DNA of 64,000 bases, from NCBI GenBank assembly GCA_964397195.1, contig CAYNGY010000003.1, forward strand, positions 69,836 to 133,835, read 5' to 3'. Both the position numbers and the translations under genes were made by a program. The notes under the pieces are model-generated. The model saw only the letters and a program-made list of their open reading frames with translations, was not told the origin of the DNA and searched no databases. Origin of the DNA: an uncultured Gammaproteobacteria bacterium. GTDB taxonomy: Bacteria; Patescibacteriota; Patescibacteriia; SBBC01; CAIJZX01. Positions 38,115 through 47,921 of the stretch are shown here, piece after piece. Each line of letters begins with the position of its first letter. Position 1 is the stretch's first letter.

Positions 38115-39266
38115 ATGCGCATCGGCCTCGTTACCCAAGCCTATTATCCCGTGCTCGGTGGTGTCACCGAGCACGTCTGGCATCTTGGGCGCGAACTGCA
38201 ATCGCGCGGTCACGACGTGACGGTAATTACCGGCGCGGTGCATCGACGGATGGTGCCGTGGGCGACACAGCGCGTCGATGATCGCGGACTTCGGGTTATT
38301 CGACTGGGGTTTCAGGTGCCGTTAATGACCAACGGCGCGAATATCGCCTTAACGCTCGGCTGGAAACTTGGCCGTCAATTACAGCGGATTGAGGAACGGG
38401 AGCACTTTGATGTGGTCCATGTGCAAAGCGCCCTTGATCCGGGCCTACCGTTGATTGCCTCGAAGACGATGCGGACGCCGAAAGTGGCCACCTATCACAC
38501 CTACCGCGAACCGGCAAAAACAATACTCGATGATATCCCGAATACCTTCCGGCCAGTTTTCCTCGACGCCATCGCCAAGATTCAGGCACACATTGCTGTC
38601 TCGACGGCGGCGGCGAGTTTCGTCCACCGCTATTTCCCGGATGTGCAAACGACGATTATTCCGAATGGGATTGACCCACAGCGATTTCATCCGAACATCG
38701 TTCCAATGGAGATTCGCCAGGGTGATGAACAGATTATTCTCTATGTGGGACGAATGGACCCGCGCAAAGGCGCGAAATTCCTCTTCGCCGCCTTACCGTT
38801 TCTTGAGGAGCGGCTGAGTGATTACCGAGTCGTGGTGGTGGGCACGGGCTGGATGAAGAAATACTACGACGCCTTAATTCCGTTGCAATTGCGTCGACGG
38901 GTGACGTTTACCGGATACGCATCGCCAGAAGATCTACCCCGGTACTATCGAGCGGCTGATGTCTACTGTTCTCCGGCGACCGGGAATGAAAGTTTTGGCA
39001 TAGTTTTACTTGAGGCCATGGCCTGCGGCACGCCGGTCGTCGCCTCGGATATTGAAGGCTATCGCTCAGTGATTGCGGATGGGCAGGATGGACTCCTTGT
39101 TCCGCCGCGCGATCCGAAAGCGTTAGCTGGGGCCTTGGTGGCGGTGCTTGGTGATGAGGCAGTACGAACGAGCTTTGCGGCCGCCGGTCGGAAAAAAGCC
39201 GAATCGTTTAGCTGGGCGCGCATTGCCGCTCAGGTTGAGGCGGTATACGCGGGCGTCAAAAAATAA
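38115..39266 (+). CDS. GT4 glycosyltransferase, PimA-like
   Basis: MRIGLV..Y...GGV..HV, VATYHT, IPNG, GRMDPRKG, ESFGIVLLEAMA. Confidence 0.9.
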   Translation: MRIGLVTQAYYPVLGGVTEHVWHLGRELQSRGHDVTVITGAVHRRMVPWATQRVDDRGLRVIRLGFQVPLMTNGANIALTLGWKLGRQLQRIEEREHFDVVHVQSALDPGLPLIASKTMRTPKVATYHTYREPAKTILDDIPNTFRPVFLDAIAKIQAHIAVSTAAASFVHRYFPDVQTTIIPNGIDPQRFHPNIVPMEIRQGDEQIILYVGRMDPRKGAKFLFAALPFLEERLSDYRVVVVGTGWMKKYYDALIPLQLRRRVTFTGYASPEDLPRYYRAADVYCSPATGNESFGIVLLEAMACGTPVVASDIEGYRSVIADGQDGLLVPPRDPKALAGALVAVLGDEAVRTSFAAAGRKKAESFSWARIAAQVEAVYAGVKK

Positions 39267-39316
39267 TGCGCTCCGGGTCCGGCGAAGGACCCAGAGCGGG
39301 TAGGGGCAGAGCGGCG

Positions 39317-39712
39317 TCAGTTCAGGAAGAGCTGAGCCACGGCTTCGTGCGCTCCGGCGGGGATGGGCAGGCAATAGCCCTGACCGCCGTTTGGGTTGAG
39401 GACGATCGTCCGCTGCGGGATCAGGCCGTGCTTCGGGCACTTGCTCCAGAAGAGCGAGGCGAGCTCGGACTGGTCGAGGACCATGGCGTGGAGCGCGCTG
39501 CAGGTACCGCCGTGCCGCTGTGAGCAGACGACGTCCAGCTGGCGAGCGCTCCGACGACGCGGCGCGATCTCGATGGTGATGGCGCCCGTCTGGTCTCGGA
39601 TGATGACCCGGTTACCGGCTTGCGTCAGCAGCGGCTGGGTGTAGCTCCCGTACGGGGTAGGAACGATGATGCACTCGGGAAAGCATGTTCTGGTCTTCGG
39701 CGACTTGGACAT
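39317..39712 (-). CDS. Orphan Cys/His-rich protein
   Basis: SD GGAG before MSKSPK; C..H...C...H and CPKH; TAGGGT -10. Confidence 0.55.
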   Translation of the reverse strand: MSKSPKTRTCFPECIIVPTPYGSYTQPLLTQAGNRVIIRDQTGAITIEIAPRRRSARQLDVVCSQRHGGTCSALHAMVLDQSELASLFWSKCPKHGLIPQRTIVLNPNGGQGYCLPIPAGAHEAVAQLFLN

Positions 39713-39834
39713 GTGGCGCATTCTCCATAATGCGTGTGAGTGGAACACTCAGCGGCGATGCTGAGGAGGGTACCCTAACGCGGTCACCGAAAAAAAGCAA
39801 TAATAATAAATACTATATAAAAAAGGACCACCGG

Positions 39835-40335
39835 TTATGAGCCGGTGGCCAGGAACGACGCGACAGCGGCGCGCGTTCCCGCGGTGAGGTACAGCGAGAG
39901 GTTCGGGTCGAGGTTGCCATGGTGCCGCGGGTAGGGCAGGGTCAGGTAGTTGCCCTGGCGGATGAAGTACCCGACGGAGAAGGTCGTGCACTCGAACAGG
40001 TCGAGCATCTTGTGGCGCCGAACGTTCGGCTCATCCGCGGCGAACATCCGCTGAACGACGTCGAACGGGTAGAGCCGCTGCATCTGGACGTAGGGCGTCG
40101 TGCACTCGTGGAGACGGATCTCGTAGACGAGGTGGATCTGGCCCTTGGTCGGCCCGGTGCCGTTGGCCATCATCAGGCTGGCGTCGCAGCCACGCATGTG
40201 GATGTGGTCGCGATCGGCTTCGTCGACGCGCATCTCGGCGCCCCAGAGATGCCACCAGCGGGGGATGTTGTTGTTCAGGCGGTCGGTGGTGATGGTCTCA
40301 CGTTCGGCGGGGGTGATCGCACATTCAGCACTCAC
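39835..40335 (-). CDS. Orphan protein
   Basis: SD AAAAGGAG before GTG, TTGACA/TAGTCT promoter, strong GC3 bias. Confidence 0.65.
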   Translation of the reverse strand: MSAECAITPAERETITTDRLNNNIPRWWHLWGAEMRVDEADRDHIHMRGCDASLMMANGTGPTKGQIHLVYEIRLHECTTPYVQMQRLYPFDVVQRMFAADEPNVRRHKMLDLFECTTFSVGYFIRQGNYLTLPYPRHHGNLDPNLSLYLTAGTRAAVASFLATGS

Positions 40336-40483
40336 AGCGGACGCTCCTTTTCAAAGGGCCGGTGGACGAGCGTTTGGCTCGGCCGGGTCAGGGAGAACGG
40401 ATCGGAACTGACGGCCTAGACTAGTCTATTTTCGCCTCGCTGTCAATCCGGGCCGATTTAACTGCGTTCCGGTGGGGGGTTTC

Positions 40484-40512
40484 TTGACAGGCCTTTTCAT
40501 TGGCTTTATAGT
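40484..40512 (+). promoter_or_regulatory. Sigma70 promoter of the heat-shock operon
   Basis: TTGACA-17-TATAGT. Confidence 0.85.
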
Positions 40513-40515
40513 GAA

Positions 40516-40542
40516 TTAGCACTCTCCATGTGAGACTGCTAA
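40516..40542 (+). promoter_or_regulatory. CIRCE element (HrcA operator)
   Basis: TTAGCACTC-N9-GACTGCTAA, one mismatch to TTAGCACTC-N9-GAGTGCTAA, directly before hrcA. Confidence 0.95.
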
Positions 40543-40546
40543 TTCC

Positions 40547-41257
40547 ATGATTACCGAACGTCAAACACAACTCCTGACCGCCATCTTGCGTGAATACGTG
40601 GAAACCGCTGAACCGGTCAGTTCTGGGTTTTTAGCGAAACATGCTGATGAGCAGGTTTCACCGGCGACGATTCGTAATGAGTTAGCTGCCCTCGAAGACG
40701 CCGGGTACTTAACCCAACCACATACATCGGCCGGGCGGATCCCGACCGAAAAGGCCTGGCGATGGTATGTCCAGAACCTGATGCAGACGGAAGCGGTTGC
40801 GAAGGGGACGCGTGAAAACGTCCAAGAGGTCATTCGTACCTATCGACATACGCATGCGGAAATGTTGCGTCGACTGGCGAAAAAACTGGCGGCCTTGGCG
40901 GGGGAGACTGTTGTCTTAGCTCCGGCACCGAATGAAACGTATTACACCGGCCTGTCGAACCTTTTTGCCCAACCGGAATTTGAACACGTCAGCATGGTCC
41001 AGAACATGTCCCGGGTGATTGATCGGTTTGATGATGTCATGGGGCAGATGTTTGACCGTCTGGAAGAAGATGTACTGGTCTTAGTCGGGAAAGATAACCC
41101 GTTTAGCGCCGATTGCGGAACCGTCATGGCCAAGTACCGGTTGCCACATTCGCATCACGGCCTGATCGGCATCCTCGGCCCCCTGCGACAAAACTATGAC
41201 GAACATGTGGCGATGATCCGATTTGCCACCGATGAACTTAATCGTGAAACTGAATAA
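40547..41257 (+). CDS. hrcA: Heat-inducible transcription repressor HrcA (compact form)
   Basis: EPVSS, SPATIRNE, QPHTSAGRIPT, GILGP.R.NY. Confidence 0.93.
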   Translation: MITERQTQLLTAILREYVETAEPVSSGFLAKHADEQVSPATIRNELAALEDAGYLTQPHTSAGRIPTEKAWRWYVQNLMQTEAVAKGTRENVQEVIRTYRHTHAEMLRRLAKKLAALAGETVVLAPAPNETYYTGLSNLFAQPEFEHVSMVQNMSRVIDRFDDVMGQMFDRLEEDVLVLVGKDNPFSADCGTVMAKYRLPHSHHGLIGILGPLRQNYDEHVAMIRFATDELNRETE

Positions 41258-41261
41258 TCCC

Positions 41262-41753
41262 ATGACGGACCCCCAGATTCTCCCCGAAACCCAAGGCCAG
41301 CCGACGGATGATGTGACGCGCTTGCAGGCGCTCTCGGACGAACACCTTGAAGGGTGGCGGCGGGCGAAGGCCGACTATCTCAATTTGAAAAAGCAGACGG
41401 AGAAAGAAAAGATGGATATTGCCCAGTTTGCCGTCGCCCAGACGATCATGTCGTTTCTCCCGATCTATGACAATCTCGCCCGGGCCCTCCAACACGTGCC
41501 GGCTGAGGCGCACGATCAGGAATGGGTCAAGGGCCTCGGGCATATTCGTAAACAGTTTGAAGATGCGATCAAATCGCTCGGCCTGACCATCATCCCGACG
41601 GTCGGTCAACCCTTCGACCCGCTCAAGCACCACGCCGTCTCGAAACAGAAGCGCGAGGGCGTCGAACCGGGCACGATTCTCGACGAGGTCAAGAGCGGAT
41701 TCATGGCCGGAGATCGTGTTCTCGAACCGGCAAGCGTCGTGGTCGCGGAATAG
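41262..41753 (+). CDS. grpE: Nucleotide exchange factor GrpE
   Basis: RAKADYLN.KK, LPIYDNL.RAL, FDP..H.AV, PASVVV. Confidence 0.95.
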   Translation: MTDPQILPETQGQPTDDVTRLQALSDEHLEGWRRAKADYLNLKKQTEKEKMDIAQFAVAQTIMSFLPIYDNLARALQHVPAEAHDQEWVKGLGHIRKQFEDAIKSLGLTIIPTVGQPFDPLKHHAVSKQKREGVEPGTILDEVKSGFMAGDRVLEPASVVVAE

Positions 41754-41784
41754 CCATACTTATTCACTTACCGGCATAACACCT

Positions 41785-42207
41785 ATGTCACACATCATCA
41801 AATGGAGTCCGATGGATGTCTTTGACGAGATGAATCGCGCCGGCGACGATTGGTTGCCGATGATGCGCGTCCCACGCGTCATGACCCCTGCGGTCGATGT
41901 CTACGAAGACGCGTCGAACGTGGTCGTCGAAGCACCGCTCGTCGGGATTAAACCCGCGGATGTCAGTATCGAAATCGAAGATAGTGTGCTGAAGATTTCC
42001 GGGACATCGGAACATACTTCCGAAGTTGATGACAAGAACTATTTCCGTCGCGAGATTCGCAACGGCGCGTTCTACCGAAGCGTCGCCTTACCGAAATCGG
42101 TGATCAGCGACAAAGCATCGGCGTCGTATAAAGACGGCATCCTCAAGATAACCGTGCCCAAGGCCGAAGAAGCCAAGCCACGAAAGATAACAATCACGGC
42201 CGACTAA
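41785..42207 (+). CDS. Hsp20/alpha-crystallin small heat-shock protein
   Basis: PAVDVYE, REIR.G.F.RSV.LP, ASYKDGILKITVPK. Confidence 0.95.
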   Translation: MSHIIKWSPMDVFDEMNRAGDDWLPMMRVPRVMTPAVDVYEDASNVVVEAPLVGIKPADVSIEIEDSVLKISGTSEHTSEVDDKNYFRREIRNGAFYRSVALPKSVISDKASASYKDGILKITVPKAEEAKPRKITITAD

Positions 42208-42213
42208 CATTTC

Positions 42214-42278
42214 GGCCGACCCTCTCCGCCCTTCGGCACCTACCCCTGAAATTAGGGGGAGGACGGGAGGGGGTCGGC
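42214..42278. repeat. REP-like branched hairpin
   Basis: GGCCGACCCTCTCC/GGGAGGGGTCGGCC outer stem with GCC-CTTC-GGC and CCCCT-GAAATT-AGGGG inner hairpins. Confidence 0.7.
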
Positions 42279-42365
42279 CCCTCAGGTGGGCGGCACAAAA
42301 CGGTGCAAGATGCGAATCTGCGCCGACAAGCATGGGCCGCCCACTCGAAGACACTATTTACTATC

Positions 42366-42722
42366 ATGGCTCCAAACACCCCACAACCATTCAATCCGAA
42401 TAATCTCATCCGCTTCAACGCGCGCTGTCCAATCTGTCAGAGTGCCTACGATATGCAGAAGCTGAAAATTCTCGGCGAACGTGACCAGCAACTCTTGGCC
42501 TACATCGACTGTAGCACCTGTAGTACCGCCATGCTGACGATTCTCAGTCTCGGACCGCACGGCATGAGCGCCCAGGGCGTTGTGACCGATCTCTCGATCG
42601 ACGAAGTTGTTGAGTCAGATGCTTGGGAACGGGTCAGTGCCGATGATGTCCTCGATATTCACCAGTTCCTCGAAGCAGACCGACTCCCGGTCGACCCGAC
42701 GGCAGGCTCGGGGCGCTCGTAG
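42366..42722 (+). CDS. Hypothetical C4 zinc-ribbon protein
   Basis: CPIC..x21..CSTC, acidic C-terminus VSADDVLDIHQFL. Confidence 0.75.
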   Translation: MAPNTPQPFNPNNLIRFNARCPICQSAYDMQKLKILGERDQQLLAYIDCSTCSTAMLTILSLGPHGMSAQGVVTDLSIDEVVESDAWERVSADDVLDIHQFLEADRLPVDPTAGSGRS

Positions 42723-42767
42723 GCGTCGCCATCCATTCATTCATTCACGCGATTTAATTACCAACGT

Positions 42768-44654
42768 ATGTCAAAGATCCTCGGAATCGACCTCGGAACC
42801 ACCAACTCGTGTATGGCCGTCATCGAAGGCGGCGAACCGAAAGTATTGGAAAACGCGGAAGGCGCCCGAACCACGCCGTCCGTCATCGCCATCACCAAGA
42901 CGGGTGAGCGTCTGGCGGGACAGGTCGCGAAACGTCAATCGGTCGTCAACCCACAAAACACGCTCTACTCGGTTAAGCGCCTGATCGGGCGACGCTGGGA
43001 CGACGAAGAAGTGCAGCGTGACCTGAAAGTCCTACCGTTCACGATTAAACATGCCGGTGAAGGGGTGAAGATCGACATGGGCGGGAAGGAATTCACACCG
43101 CAGGAAATTTCGGCCATGGTTTTGCAGAAACTGAAAGCGGACGCCGAAGCGAAACTCGGGACAACTATAACCGAAGCGGTGATTACGGTCCCGGCCTACT
43201 TTGATGATGCCCAGCGTCAAGCGACCAAAGATGCCGGGCGGATTGCGGGCTTCGACGTCAAACGGATTATTAACGAGCCGACCGCGGCCGCGCTGGCTTA
43301 CGGCTTCAACAAGAAGAAGGACGAAAAGATTGCCGTCTACGACCTTGGTGGTGGGACGTTTGATATCTCCATTCTGGAAGTGTCATCCGACACGGTGGAA
43401 GTGAAATCGACTAATGGTGACACCCATCTTGGCGGTGATGACTTTGACCAGAAGATTATCCACTGGATGATTGATGAGTTTAAGAAGTCGGAAGGTGTTG
43501 ATCTCGGGAAGGATCAGATGGCTCTCCAGCGTCTGAAAGAAGCGGCCGAGAAAGCGAAGCATGAGCTGTCGACATCGATGGAAACGGAGATTAACCTGCC
43601 GTTTATTACCCAAGGTCAGGCCGGGCCGCTCCACATGGTTATGAAATTCACGCGGGCCCAACTCGAACAGCTCGTTGGTGACTTAGTTGAGGCGACCCTC
43701 GAGCCGACGAAAAAGGCCTTAGCTGACGCGAATATGGCGGCTAAGGATATTAACGAAGTGATCTTGGTTGGTGGGATGACGCGTATGCCGCTCGTCCAAC
43801 AGGCGGTCGAAAAGTTCTTCGGCAAAAAACCGAATGTCTCGGTCAATCCGGATGAAGTCGTGGCGATTGGGGCCGCTGTTCAAGCCGGTGTTCTCCAAGG
43901 TGAAGTGAAAGATGTGCTTTTGCTCGACGTGACGCCGCTGACACTTGGGTTAGAAACGATGGGCGCCGTGGCGACACCGTTGATTGATCGCAATACGACC
44001 ATTCCGACCTCGAAATCACAGGTGTTCTCAACTGCCAGTGATAATCAGCCGAGTGTTGAGATTCACGTCCTGCAAGGGGAGCGACCAATGGCCCATGATA
44101 ACAAATCACTCGGGCGGTTCATCCTCGACGGAATCCCACCGGCACCGCGTGGCACGCCGCAGGTTGAAGTCACGTTCGATATTGATGCCAACGGTATTCT
44201 GAAGGTCAGCGCGAAGGACAAGGGGACGAATAAGGAGCAAACCATTACCATTCAAGGTTCGACCGGCCTAAATAAAGAAGAGGTCGAGAAGCTCCGCAAG
44301 GAAGCCGAATTGCACGCCGATGAGGACAAGAAGAAGAAAGAAGTGATTGAAGCACGGAACTTAGCGGAAGCGATGGTCTATCAGGCCGAGAAAGCGGTCC
44401 GCGAGGGCGGCGATAAAGTTCCGGCCGATGTGAAGAAAGACGTTGAAGAGAAGATTAAAGCCGTGAAGGATGTCCAAGGCAAGGACGACAAAGCGGCGAT
44501 CGAAGCGGCCTCGCGCGAACTTTCAACGGCCATGCAGAAGATTGGCGCGGCGATGTATAAGGATGCTAAACCGGAAGGCAAAGCTGGGGAGGCCGGCGCC
44601 ACCCCGAATGACAAAGGCCCTGTTGAGGGGGAAGTCGTCGACGATAAGAAATAA
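42768..44654 (+). CDS. dnaK: Molecular chaperone DnaK
   Basis: [30 protein letters not shown]. Confidence 0.99.
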   Translation: MSKILGIDLGTTNSCMAVIEGGEPKVLENAEGARTTPSVIAITKTGERLAGQVAKRQSVVNPQNTLYSVKRLIGRRWDDEEVQRDLKVLPFTIKHAGEGVKIDMGGKEFTPQEISAMVLQKLKADAEAKLGTTITEAVITVPAYFDDAQRQATKDAGRIAGFDVKRIINEPTAAALAYGFNKKKDEKIAVYDLGGGTFDISILEVSSDTVEVKSTNGDTHLGGDDFDQKIIHWMIDEFKKSEGVDLGKDQMALQRLKEAAEKAKHELSTSMETEINLPFITQGQAGPLHMVMKFTRAQLEQLVGDLVEATLEPTKKALADANMAAKDINEVILVGGMTRMPLVQQAVEKFFGKKPNVSVNPDEVVAIGAAVQAGVLQGEVKDVLLLDVTPLTLGLETMGAVATPLIDRNTTIPTSKSQVFSTASDNQPSVEIHVLQGERPMAHDNKSLGRFILDGIPPAPRGTPQVEVTFDIDANGILKVSAKDKGTNKEQTITIQGSTGLNKEEVEKLRKEAELHADEDKKKKEVIEARNLAEAMVYQAEKAVREGGDKVPADVKKDVEEKIKAVKDVQGKDDKAAIEAASRELSTAMQKIGAAMYKDAKPEGKAGEAGATPNDKGPVEGEVVDDKK

Positions 44655-44983
44655 GCGTATACTAGCGGCGGGCGCTCCCACCACCCCTGACCCCTCCTCG
44701 GGCAGGAGGGGAAAGCGGCCCGCCGCTATTTAACGCTGTCTATTCGTATGGAAAAAACATTCTTTACTATCGTTGCTCTAGTCGTTATTACCGGTTCGGT
44801 AATGTACACCTTGATGGGGCTTGGGTGGGATGAAGGCCGAACTAACCTGATGCTATTAAGTTATGCTATCTCGTTGGTGATTGCGTATATTGTCGCTCGA
44901 TGGGCATTAAGACAAGGGTGGAGTAAGTCTCCTAGAAAAGGAGTGGTCGACGATAAGAAATAGGGCTATACTAGCGGCGGGCG
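44631..44983 (+). repeat. Imperfect direct repeat (39/44 nt) of the dnaK 3' end + terminator arm, at 44631-44674 and 44940-44983
   Basis: GAAGTCGTCGACGATAAGAAATAAGCGTATACTAGCGGCGGGCG vs GGAGTGGTCGACGATAAGAAATAGGGCTATACTAGCGGCGGGCG. Confidence 0.9.
44748..44963 (+). CDS. Small 2-TM membrane protein ending in the DnaK C-terminal peptide
   Basis: AT-richer ORF, two TMs, ends VVDDKK like DnaK. Confidence 0.6.
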   Translation: MEKTFFTIVALVVITGSVMYTLMGLGWDEGRTNLMLLSYAISLVIAYIVARWALRQGWSKSPRKGVVDDKK

Positions 44984-45011
44984 AAAGCCCGCCGCTTACG
45001 TTTCGGTCAAT

Positions 45012-45905
45012 ATGGAATATCCAATCGTTCAAGTTCAAACGAAAGATCAGGTCTGGCTTCACGGGCTGTTTGTGGAGGCGTCGAATTCAGACACGGTCTT
45101 TTTGCATATTCATGGCACGGCCAGTAATTTTTACGAAATGGAGTATATCGAGACGATGGCCCGCGAATTCTCGGCGGCCGGTATTTCCGTCTTGTCTACG
45201 AATAATCATGGCAGCGGTGTATATGATGCCTACCAGTCAACAGGTGCGGCGGTAGAACTGTTTGAGCAATGTTTGATTGATATTGATGCTTGGATCGAGT
45301 TCGCCAAAGCAAAAGGCTACTCGAATATCATTTTGGCGGGGCATAGTCTCGGATCCCAGAAGGCAGTCTACTACATACAGAAAGGCACATACCGCGAAAT
45401 GGTTCGTGGTTTAGTTCTACTAGGTCCGGCGGACGCAACGCGTTGCGATTATACTGATACCTCGAACATGCTCAGTCCCGCCCAGCAACAACGCGTACTG
45501 GCGATGTTGGATCAGGCTAAGAAGATGGTTGCGGCGGGAAAGGGTGAAGAGTTTCTTCCGCGCACGGCGTACATGGAACTCATGCCAAAGAGCGCCAAGG
45601 CCGCAGTAAATATTCTTGATCTTGAAGGTGAAGCGGCTCGTGTTTTACCATTTCAAACCGGTGAACTTAAAATGTATCGATCCATTGTTGTTCCAGTGTT
45701 TGTTGCTATCGCTGATCAACGCGAATGGACGGGAATTGATTCTCAGGCTGCTTTATTGCTGATGAAGAAGGAAAATTTGCGCACAGAAACCCATTACCTG
45801 AATGATTGTGATCACGACTTTACCGGGAAAGAAAACGAATTAGTGGAATTGTTGATCCGTTTTCTGACGGAAAAGAAGTTGATGAAGGCGGAGAAACACG
45901 CCTAA
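45012..45905 (+). CDS. Alpha/beta hydrolase (DUF1749-like)
   Basis: HIHG..SNFY, GHSLG nucleophile elbow, C-terminal DH.F. Confidence 0.88.
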   Translation: MEYPIVQVQTKDQVWLHGLFVEASNSDTVFLHIHGTASNFYEMEYIETMAREFSAAGISVLSTNNHGSGVYDAYQSTGAAVELFEQCLIDIDAWIEFAKAKGYSNIILAGHSLGSQKAVYYIQKGTYREMVRGLVLLGPADATRCDYTDTSNMLSPAQQQRVLAMLDQAKKMVAAGKGEEFLPRTAYMELMPKSAKAAVNILDLEGEAARVLPFQTGELKMYRSIVVPVFVAIADQREWTGIDSQAALLLMKKENLRTETHYLNDCDHDFTGKENELVELLIRFLTEKKLMKAEKHA

Positions 45906-45967
45906 TCAGAAAGGTCTTCTTCTTAATCGGAAATCTTTCTTCTGTTGTGCGCCGAGTGTTAAGCCAT

Positions 45968-46540
45968 ATGAACAATCTGTATTTGAACCTCGAACAATTC
46001 GCCGACACCGCCTTTGCGTCGTCGACCGATTCAATCGCTCCGAAGCATCTGCGCCGGACGGTCGACTGGCTGAAAGTCTTAAAACCGGACGCGGATGAAG
46101 CACTGATTATCGCCGCGCGGGCGCACGATATTGAACGCGCGTTTCGGCAAGAAGATATGAAGAAATTGCTGAAAGCAAGCGCCGACGGATTCGGGAACGC
46201 GGAATTTTTACGACTACATCAAACACGCGGCGCGGAAATACTTGGGAAATTTCTTGAGGAGCAAGGCGCGGACACGACGCTGATTGAGCGCGTGAAGCAT
46301 CTGGTTGAACATCACGAGGATGGGGGAGATGATGACCAGAATCTCTTGAAGGATGCCGATACATTGAGTTTTTTTGAAAACAACGTTGGGCACTTCATTC
46401 AGAAGCGAGCGGCGGAATACGGTCGTGAGAAAGTCGCGGCGAAGTTCACCTGGATGTTTGCGCGGTTGACCGCAGAGAAAGCAAAAGGAATTTGCCGCCC
46501 ATGGTACGTTGCGGCAATGAAACGCTTGGGCGGGGAGTAG
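45968..46540 (+). CDS. HD-domain protein (DUF4202-like)
   Basis: H..RT, AHDIER, H...GA, HHE, DAD.LSFF. Confidence 0.8.
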   Translation: MNNLYLNLEQFADTAFASSTDSIAPKHLRRTVDWLKVLKPDADEALIIAARAHDIERAFRQEDMKKLLKASADGFGNAEFLRLHQTRGAEILGKFLEEQGADTTLIERVKHLVEHHEDGGDDDQNLLKDADTLSFFENNVGHFIQKRAAEYGREKVAAKFTWMFARLTAEKAKGICRPWYVAAMKRLGGE

Positions 46541-46722
46541 GGCCCTAGTCGCGTCGTATGGAGGGTGTTTTTTTATTCTGTTTTATGTACAGCACACCTC
46601 AACTGTTGACTTGACACCCGCCGGGCCGAGGCATAAGGTCGAGTTAACCGTTCGCATGAAACGCCCGAAATACGGGCTATCGAGAGCGGTCGATGAACAT
46701 TCCCAATCTACGGAGAGGGACT

Positions 46723-47853
46723 ATGACCAAGACGGTATATCGTCCGAGCGGCGATGATGCCGCAACTCTGCTCACTGAGCTGACGGGTCTTCAGCACCGT
46801 TTCCTCCAGGCGGGCGTCAATCCGGAGCATGTCATCCGGACCATTCGTGAACTGCGTCTGCGACCGCAGCCGTTCAAGACCGGTGCCTACTACGAAGGCC
46901 GGTGGGATGACCTGTGGCCAACGGACGTCGGGTTCCTCGTGCGCGTCGGTGATGTCTTCACGATGCACACGGATACCGAGGTCTACCCGTTGTCGACCAG
47001 CGGTATGGGGTGGTGGCGTAAACATCGTCGCGGTCTACTCCTCCTGTCTGGTGGCTGGGCTTGTCTCGAAACGGGTCGTGCGCGGATCAGACTGGACCAG
47101 GGCATCCGCTGGCGGGCGCTCGAGCCACATCCGTACGGTGCGCTCGCCTACGAAGAGTTCGAGACCGAGCGGGGCCACAGCCGCGATCGGATCCATCTCG
47201 TGACTTGGCCGCCCGAGCCCGAGACGATGCGGCAAGATCAGCTGTCGGCGGTGGTCGTGATCGACGACCTGTCGCCGTTGCATCGGATCTACCCGTGTGC
47301 GGCCGGGTTGGTGTGGGACAGACATGATGGCGGCTGGGAACACAACCACGACTTCGTTCTCTGCACAGTCACTGGGTCGTTCCCACTGTTTACCGGTACG
47401 ACGTTCAACTACCTCGTGCACCCGGACGGCGTGATTGTCCAGACCATCCACGAGAAGTCGAGTCGGATCACCCTGCACACCGGCCACGAATCGCGGTTGT
47501 TGTGTGCGGACGTCGACTGCCGCGGCATCCAGCAGTCAAACGGTGCTGATCCGGTGTGGGGACTCGCACATCCGCGTGGGGTCGTCCTGCAGTGCGATGA
47601 GCGACTCGTGCTTTACACTGGTGACGAGGAGATCGTCCTCTATCCGCGTGGTCCGTACGAAGACGCCTGCATCAACGAACTTGGCGTGGTTTCCTTCCGG
47701 ACGTCGCGGAACCAGATCGTGCAGTGCGAGGTCGGTTGCGCGCCGCGTCTCGTCTCTGATATCCCGCACCGTATCGTCTTCGGTCCTCATCGTCACGGGG
47801 CACTGCTAGTCGAATCGGGCCGGGCGTTCATCTGCAGTCCGCGCGAGGACTGA
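46723..47853 (+). CDS. Orphan protein with N-terminal helix and degenerate beta-propeller-like repeats
   Basis: SD GGAGAGG; recurring (W)..HP.G(V/L) units: HRRGL, HPYGA, HPDGV, HPRGV, HRHGA; terminator 47863-47886. Confidence 0.65.
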   Translation: MTKTVYRPSGDDAATLLTELTGLQHRFLQAGVNPEHVIRTIRELRLRPQPFKTGAYYEGRWDDLWPTDVGFLVRVGDVFTMHTDTEVYPLSTSGMGWWRKHRRGLLLLSGGWACLETGRARIRLDQGIRWRALEPHPYGALAYEEFETERGHSRDRIHLVTWPPEPETMRQDQLSAVVVIDDLSPLHRIYPCAAGLVWDRHDGGWEHNHDFVLCTVTGSFPLFTGTTFNYLVHPDGVIVQTIHEKSSRITLHTGHESRLLCADVDCRGIQQSNGADPVWGLAHPRGVVLQCDERLVLYTGDEEIVLYPRGPYEDACINELGVVSFRTSRNQIVQCEVGCAPRLVSDIPHRIVFGPHRHGALLVESGRAFICSPRED

Positions 47854-47921
47854 ACCGTACCTGCCGGGCCTTCGGGCCCGGCGTTTTATATATCAATTCT
47901 CAAGTGTGCTATCATTTCCGC

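Noticed and set aside
40547-41257. HrcA (236 aa) and L13 (116 aa) as truncated pseudogenes
   Set aside because: Both retain their key motifs and operon context; compact forms are expected in reduced genomes
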